DNA of 64,000 nt from Patescibacteria group bacterium. GTDB lineage: Bacteria; Patescibacteriota; Minisyncoccia; Minisyncoccales; GWA2-38-27. The translations under genes were made by a program, and so were the position numbers. The stretch is taken from assembly GCA_020148045.1 (NCBI GenBank), contig JAHCRG010000007.1, positions 22,914 through 86,913 of the forward strand, given 5' to 3'. The notes beneath the pieces were generated by a model. The model ran no database searches, had not been told where the DNA came from, and saw only the letters and a program-made list of their open reading frames with translations. Below are positions 59,332 through 64,000 of this stretch, piece by piece. Positions within the stretch are counted from its first letter, which is position 1, and each line of letters starts with the position of its first letter.

Positions 59332-60368
59332 CTAATCTTTTTTAGAGCAGCAATAAGTTTCAAATTTTCTTTATGCGAACGCACAGCTATACGGATATAT
59401 TTATCGTTTAAATTTCTAAAATTGCTACAATCCCTGACGAGAATTCCTTTTTGGAGCAGCGATTTTTGTAAAGCCTTTGCGGTTATTCTGCCATTTTCAA
59501 TCTTTAGCAAAAGGAAATTTGTTACTGAAGGATAAAGCCTTAACCATTTTATTTTGGTCAATTCTCTAAAAAGAAATTGTCTCTGGTTTTCTATAAGTTT
59601 ATGGGTCTTTTTGATGTACTCTCTATCGTTTAAAATTAACTCTGCTGCTAATTGGGCTAAACAATTTGTGCTCCAGGGAGGCTGCTGCTGTCTTAACCGG
59701 GCGATAACCTCTTTATGGGCAACAAGATATCCGATTCTTAATCCCGGCAGGGCAAAAAATTTAGTAAAGCTACGCAGGACAATTATTTTTGTGCACTTTG
59801 TGGCCTTCCAGATGAATGTGTAATTCTTCTGGTCGGGTAAAAAATCCATAAACGCCTCGTCAATAACAAGTAATTTTTTAGGCAGTTTGTCATTTTCTAA
59901 AATAAGATTACCTGTGGGATTATTGGGATTGCAGAGAAAAGAAATATCTGCGCTGCCAAGCTGAGATATATTGAGGCGGAAGCCTTCTTTCTCTTTAAGT
60001 CTTACAAAGCGAATTTTACTCTTTACGCTTCTTGCCGCACGTTCATATTCCGAAAAGGCAGGTGTAGCTATACGGGTGGTCTTGGGCTTGAAAGCCGACA
60101 TAATAAGATAGATAAATTCCACAGAGCCATTGCCGGGAAGGACATTCTCTTTATCTATCCTCCAGTATTTAGCGATTTTTTGGGTAATATTGTTTGCTTT
60201 GGAATCAGGATAATGCAGGATTCTATCAAAATTTTTATAAATAGCTTTCTTCGCGCTTTGCGGCAAACCCAAAGGATTGATATTTGCGCTAAAGTCGATT
60301 ATTTCTTTTCCGTATCTTTGCCTAACCTCGTAGATATTCCCGCCGTGCAAAAAATCTACATAACCCAT
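59328..60368 (-). CDS. cobD: L-threonine-O-3-phosphate decarboxylase
   Basis: HGGN, DFSANINPLG, CNPNNPTG, DEAF.DF, RSFTK...PGLR.GY; cob operon context. Confidence 0.9.
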   Translation of the reverse strand: MGYVDFLHGGNIYEVRQRYGKEIIDFSANINPLGLPQSAKKAIYKNFDRILHYPDSKANNITQKIAKYWRIDKENVLPGNGSVEFIYLIMSAFKPKTTRIATPAFSEYERAARSVKSKIRFVRLKEKEGFRLNISQLGSADISFLCNPNNPTGNLILENDKLPKKLLVIDEAFMDFLPDQKNYTFIWKATKCTKIIVLRSFTKFFALPGLRIGYLVAHKEVIARLRQQQPPWSTNCLAQLAAELILNDREYIKKTHKLIENQRQFLFRELTKIKWLRLYPSVTNFLLLKIENGRITAKALQKSLLQKGILVRDCSNFRNLNDKYIRIAVRSHKENLKLIAALKKIR

Positions 60369-61312
60369 TTTAACAATACTCCTAAGGAAAGCATAAGCAA
60401 AGATGTCACAAAACTCATAGCCAGGGCCTCATTTATTAATGAAGGCCTTGCCGGCCTTCCATCTTTTCCAAGGTATGGTTTTTCCAAAAGTTTGCCCTGA
60501 TATGTAGAAGGCCCTCCTAACCTTACCCCCAGGGCAGCGGCCATAGCGGCAATTGAAACCCCGCTATTTGGAGAAGGGTGTTTCCTGCCGTCCCTTAACA
60601 TCGTCTTAAAAGCCAAGCGAACGTCATTACGAGGGTTCACAATGATAGAAGAAATTGATAGCAGGAACCCGGAGATTCGCGCCGGAATAAAATTGGCGAT
60701 GTCATCTACTTTGGCCGCAAACCAGCCAAAACGAAGGTACTCCTCATTTCTATATCCTACCATCGAATCAAGTGTGTTTATGCTCTTGTAAGCAAAAGCC
60801 AAAACGGGCCCCCCTAAAATCAGATAAATTAGAGGTGCCACAATCCCGTCATTGGCGCTCTCGGCAATGCTTTCTATTGTAGCCGCTGTTATTTTTTCTT
60901 TGCTCAAATTTTGGGTATCTCTGCCTACAATTTTAGAAAGTTGCCTGCGGGCTTCAACTATAGAGTCTTTTTCTACCTCTTTCAAAATTGCTTTCGCTTT
61001 AACCCGTAAATCCCTTACGGAAAGAGAGCAGTAACCTAAATAGACCCAGGCCAAATTCCCCAGGAAAGGGTTCAATTTCCTTGAGAGTTCTATAAACAAA
61101 CAGGCAAAACAAGCACTTATTCCCATGACACTCAAGGTCAATATTGCCCCTTTCATTCGCTCTTTCCGTTGACCAGCGTTTCCCCTCAACCTATCATCCA
61201 AGAAATTTATCAGTCTACCCATCCCTCTTACGGGATGGGCAAACCCTTCCGGGTCACCGAAAACCAAATCAGCGATATAAGAGGAAATTACCAGGAGCAT
61301 TATATTCGGCAA
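60356..61312 (-). CDS. cbiB: Adenosylcobinamide-phosphate synthase
   Basis: GDP...HPV, VGRDT, ESIAE, NTLDSMVGY, HPSPNSG. Confidence 0.93.
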   Translation of the reverse strand: MPNIMLLVISSYIADLVFGDPEGFAHPVRGMGRLINFLDDRLRGNAGQRKERMKGAILTLSVMGISACFACLFIELSRKLNPFLGNLAWVYLGYCSLSVRDLRVKAKAILKEVEKDSIVEARRQLSKIVGRDTQNLSKEKITAATIESIAESANDGIVAPLIYLILGGPVLAFAYKSINTLDSMVGYRNEEYLRFGWFAAKVDDIANFIPARISGFLLSISSIIVNPRNDVRLAFKTMLRDGRKHPSPNSGVSIAAMAAALGVRLGGPSTYQGKLLEKPYLGKDGRPARPSLINEALAMSFVTSLLMLSLGVLLKWVM

Positions 61313-62034
61313 ATCAATGCAAAGAAAAGAACGGCTATTTCCGCAACCTCACTGGTTGCGCCGATTGTATCTCCGGTCATTCCCCCGATTCTTTTCTTTA
61401 CATAAGTTATAAATAAACATATTGGGAGTAAAGAAAGGGCTAACAAAATAATTCCCTTCAGTTCCATCAATAATAAGAATAAGGCCATAGTAAGCAGGCC
61501 TCCGAGAAAAAATTCTTTTTTACTATTATATTCTATAAAATATTCTGCTTTCCCTTCTTTGCGGGCATAGTTAGATGTGAAGCACGCCAAGACCTGAGAC
61601 CACCTGGCAAATACAACCATCGTAATTAATGCTCTCCAAAGAATATTTTGGGGAAGACTGGCTATTAAACTAAATTTTAAGAGTAATAAAGTTACTATCC
61701 CAATTACCCCCATTACGCCGACCCGGCTATCCCGCATTATCTCTAATATCTTTTCTTTGGGCTTGGCGCCATAGAAACCATCGCAGGTATCGGCGAAACC
61801 ATCCAGATGCACGCCACCCGTTATGACAATTAACCCAATTAGAAGCAACACAACCGTAACTAAATGTGGCAAAGAACTAAAAATAAGCAAAATTAAAACT
61901 AACAACAGCCCTATGAATGCACCGACTATGGGGAAATAAATAAGCGCGGCGCCAAAGTCTTTTCTTTTTACCCCGGACTTAATCTTTATAGGTAGAATAG
62001 TTAAAAATTGCAAGGCTATGAGAAATTGCTTCAT
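61300..62034 (-). CDS. cobS: Adenosylcobinamide-GDP ribazoletransferase (cobalamin synthase)
   Basis: QFLT.LP, TGG.HLDG.AD..DG, IMRDSR.G, GG.TGD..GA. Confidence 0.93.
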   Translation of the reverse strand: MKQFLIALQFLTILPIKIKSGVKRKDFGAALIYFPIVGAFIGLLLVLILLIFSSLPHLVTVVLLLIGLIVITGGVHLDGFADTCDGFYGAKPKEKILEIMRDSRVGVMGVIGIVTLLLLKFSLIASLPQNILWRALITMVVFARWSQVLACFTSNYARKEGKAEYFIEYNSKKEFFLGGLLTMALFLLLMELKGIILLALSLLPICLFITYVKKRIGGMTGDTIGATSEVAEIAVLFFALICRI

Positions 62035-62035
62035 T

Positions 62036-62056
62036 CTCTCTACTCTCTACTCTTTA
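62036..62056. repeat. Heptamer tandem repeat (CTCTCTA x2 + CTCTTTA) spanning the cobT stop
   Basis: Direct reading of the sequence. Confidence 0.55.
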
Positions 62057-63119
62057 CCTTTTCAGATACTCCGGCACTCTTAAAAGTGGCCATCTGTGTC
62101 ATTATCTTTATGCCTGCTTCCACTAAACTTATCGCCAGAGCGCTGCCGGTGCCTTCTCCCAATCTTAAGTCTAAGTCCAGAAGCGGTTTTAAACCCATAT
62201 AATCCAGGACAATTTTATGGCCTTGCTCTACTGAACAATGCGCGGCTATAAGATACTCTTTAACCCTGGGTTCTAAATGACAGGCTATTAATGCGCTGGC
62301 TCCTGAGATAAAGCCATCGATTACTATAGGTATCCGGCGGGATGCGCCGGCCAAAATTACACCGGCTAACCCCCCTATTTCAAATCCGCCTACTTTAGAG
62401 AGCACATCAAGCGCATCCCGCGCATCCGGCTTATTTATTTCCAGGGCCTTTTTAATCACGGCGATTTTATTTAAAAAGGTTTCCTCGCCGATTCCCGTTC
62501 CTTTTCCTGTTAAAACTTCTACCGGTTTATTTGTAAAACAGGCAGCGATTGCCGAAGAAGCAGTGGTATTGCCGATTCCCATATCGCCTGTTCCGATTAT
62601 GTCTATGCCGTTCAGTAATTCTTCTTCAAATACTTCTATACCGTTTTCTATGCATTTAACGGCCTCTTCTCTGGTCATCGCCGGGTCTTTCGCCATATTT
62701 TTCGTCCCAGAATTTATCTTTTTGTCTTTAAAATTTTGCAATTTGCAATTTGCAATTTGCAATTTTGATGCTACTCCCATATCAACCACAACGACCCTGG
62801 CCCCCACGTGCCCGGCCAATACATTTATTCCGGCACCGCCTTCAATAAAGTTATATATCATCTGCGGCGTCACCTCTTGCGGAAAGGCGCTCACCCCCTC
62901 TTCCACAATACCGTGGTCGCCGGCCATAGTAAATATAACCTTATTCTTAATCGGGGGGTTAACATTGCCTGTAATCTCTACTGCTCTTTTAGCGAGTTCC
63001 TCCAGCCGGCCAAGGCTGCCTTGCGGTTTAGTGAGGCTGTCCAGCCTTTTCTGGGTCACTTCTGCCAGACCATGGTCGAGCTTCTCAATTTTATCTATAA
63101 CCTCTTTTAATTTTTGCAT
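62040..63119 (-). CDS. cobT: Nicotinate-nucleotide-dimethylbenzimidazole phosphoribosyltransferase
   Basis: LTKPQGSLGRLE, AGDHG, GDMGIGNTT, GGFEI, DGFI, RLGEGTG. Confidence 0.95.
   Translation of the reverse strand: MQKLKEVIDKIEKLDHGLAEVTQKRLDSLTKPQGSLGRLEELAKRAVEITGNVNPPIKNKVIFTMAGDHGIVEEGVSAFPQEVTPQMIYNFIEGGAGINVLAGHVGARVVVVDMGVASKLQIANCKLQNFKDKKINSGTKNMAKDPAMTREEAVKCIENGIEVFEEELLNGIDIIGTGDMGIGNTTASSAIAACFTNKPVEVLTGKGTGIGEETFLNKIAVIKKALEINKPDARDALDVLSKVGGFEIGGLAGVILAGASRRIPIVIDGFISGASALIACHLEPRVKEYLIAAHCSVEQGHKIVLDYMGLKPLLDLDLRLGEGTGSALAISLVEAGIKIMTQMATFKSAGVSEKVKSRE
62735..62762. repeat. Heptamer tandem repeat (TTTGCAA)x4 inside cobT
   Basis: Direct reading; encodes KLQIANCKLQN. Confidence 0.85.
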
Positions 63120-63645
63120 CTTTGTCTCCTTTTATCTTCAGCGGAATACCTGATTGCATAAAAATAACCTCATCTGCTTCTTTTGCAAACATTTGATTAG
63201 CCAACCCCAGCAAATCCCGGAATCTCCTGGCCAATAAATTATCGGCAACTATGCCGCCCCCCACTTCATTGGAGACCAAAATCGTCACGGCTTTGCTCCG
63301 GGATATGCGCGGGGTGAGTTTTCTTAAAGCTCTTAGGATTCCGTTATCCGTTAAATCCTCCAACAATAGATTTGATACAAATAGACCTAAGCAATCAATT
63401 ATTACTACATTGTATTTATTTTTTAATTTATCGAACAACAAACCTATGTCCTTGCCTTCTTCGACAATTTTCCAGTAGCGGGGCCTTGAATCCCTGTGTA
63501 GCTTTATCCTCTTTTTTATCTCCCCGTCCGGATTGATGCAGGTAGCGATATAGGCGACCTTGCGGCTTAAATCTCTGGCAAGTTTTGTTGCATAACGGCT
63601 TTTGCCGCTCCTTGCGCCACCCAAGATAAAGATGAATTTTCTCAT
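63091..63645 (-). CDS. cobU: Bifunctional adenosylcobinamide kinase / cobinamide-phosphate guanylyltransferase
   Basis: GGARSGKS, YIAT, RI..H...RP..W, DCL, VSNEVG.G, RFRD..G..NQ; start set at ATG 63645. Confidence 0.93.
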   Translation of the reverse strand: MRKFIFILGGARSGKSRYATKLARDLSRKVAYIATCINPDGEIKKRIKLHRDSRPRYWKIVEEGKDIGLLFDKLKNKYNVVIIDCLGLFVSNLLLEDLTDNGILRALRKLTPRISRSKAVTILVSNEVGGGIVADNLLARRFRDLLGLANQMFAKEADEVIFMQSGIPLKIKGDKDAKIKRGYR

Positions 63646-63670
63646 AACGTTTACTGCCCTTTTTGGCGCC

Positions 63671-63706
63671 AACAAAAAGGCCCTTGACACATTTTGCGTC
63701 AAGGGC
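63671..63706 (-). terminator. Intrinsic terminator in the riboswitch expression platform
   Basis: Minus: GCCCTTGACGCA-AAA-TGTGTCAAGGGC followed by CTTTTTGTT. Confidence 0.75.
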
Positions 63707-63744
63707 TGCACCCGAATTTACTTAGGCCCTAAATAAAAATACCT

Positions 63745-63938
63745 TTCAGCCCTATCCCTCGTAGAGCTCAAAGCATCTTCACAATTTGGGCAGGTCTTCT
63801 GACTTCCGGCCTTCTACTTATCAGGCCTTCCCATCCTTAAAAGGACAGTGGCTAACTCTGACTTTCGCTACCGGTTACAGCGACGGGACCGCGCTCGATT
63901 CTCACGAGCTTCCCTATTAAGCCGCAACACCCAATCTG
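63745..63938 (-). ncRNA. Cobalamin (AdoCbl, Cbl-I-type) riboswitch
   Basis: Minus: GGTG...TTAATAGGGAA-GCTCGTGAGAATCGAGC-GCGGTCCCGTCGCTGTAA...GCCACTG...GGGAAGG...AGTCAGAAGACCTGCC (B12 box); downstream hairpin loop CGAGGGAT is complementary to GTCCCGTCG; upstream of cobU. Confidence 0.93.
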
Positions 63939-63962
63939 CGATATATTAAATTGTCAATCTTA

Positions 63963-63991
63963 ATGTTAACTCAATTACCTATTTTTGTCAA
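63963..63991 (-). promoter_or_regulatory. Sigma70-type promoter
   Basis: TTGACA (63991-63986), 17-nt spacer, TAACAT (63968-63963), just upstream of the riboswitch. Confidence 0.75.
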
Positions 63992-64000
63992 GAAGAACTT

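Noticed and set aside
1764..63478. Numerous plus-strand and nested ORFs in the track (e.g. 50883-51647, 7247-7837, 62563-63153)
   Set aside because: Shadows of well-supported minus-strand genes with no independent motifs
1..64000. CRISPR arrays, tRNA/rRNA, transposases, integrases
   Set aside because: No spaced direct repeats, cloverleaf/rRNA-like sequence or mobile-element motifs seen; coding density leaves little room

Overview
An AT-rich bacterial window from a probable diderm anaerobe (TonB-dependent receptor, many Fe-S enzymes). All 56 supported CDSs lie on the minus strand, mostly abutting or overlapping. In transcription order (right to left): (1) a sigma70 promoter and cobalamin riboswitch leading a cobamide salvage/uptake operon (cobU-cobT-cobS-cbiB-cobD, two ATP-pyrophosphatase amidase-like genes, btuF x2, btuC, btuD), then a second, compact cobalamin riboswitch in front of a BtuB-like receptor. 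(2) A >52 kb cell-surface glycan locus: GT4, WecA/MraY-like initiator, Wzm/Wzt, GH44-like hydrolase, several GT2 and GT-C enzymes, and a deacetylase. It carries 19 radical SAM genes (8 B12-binding, 10 SPASM/twitch-type including a GT2 fusion, 1 CteB-like peptide maturase), two U32-family proteins and an ATP-driven double-cubane-like reductase module. Features absent from the ORF track: a 26-aa Cys-containing candidate RiPP precursor (24745-24825) directly upstream of the CteB-like maturase, and a two-copy, covarying two-hairpin non-coding motif (24591-24688 and 52059-52136) at the head of two operon segments. Family calls come from motif recognition by eye; no database search was run.
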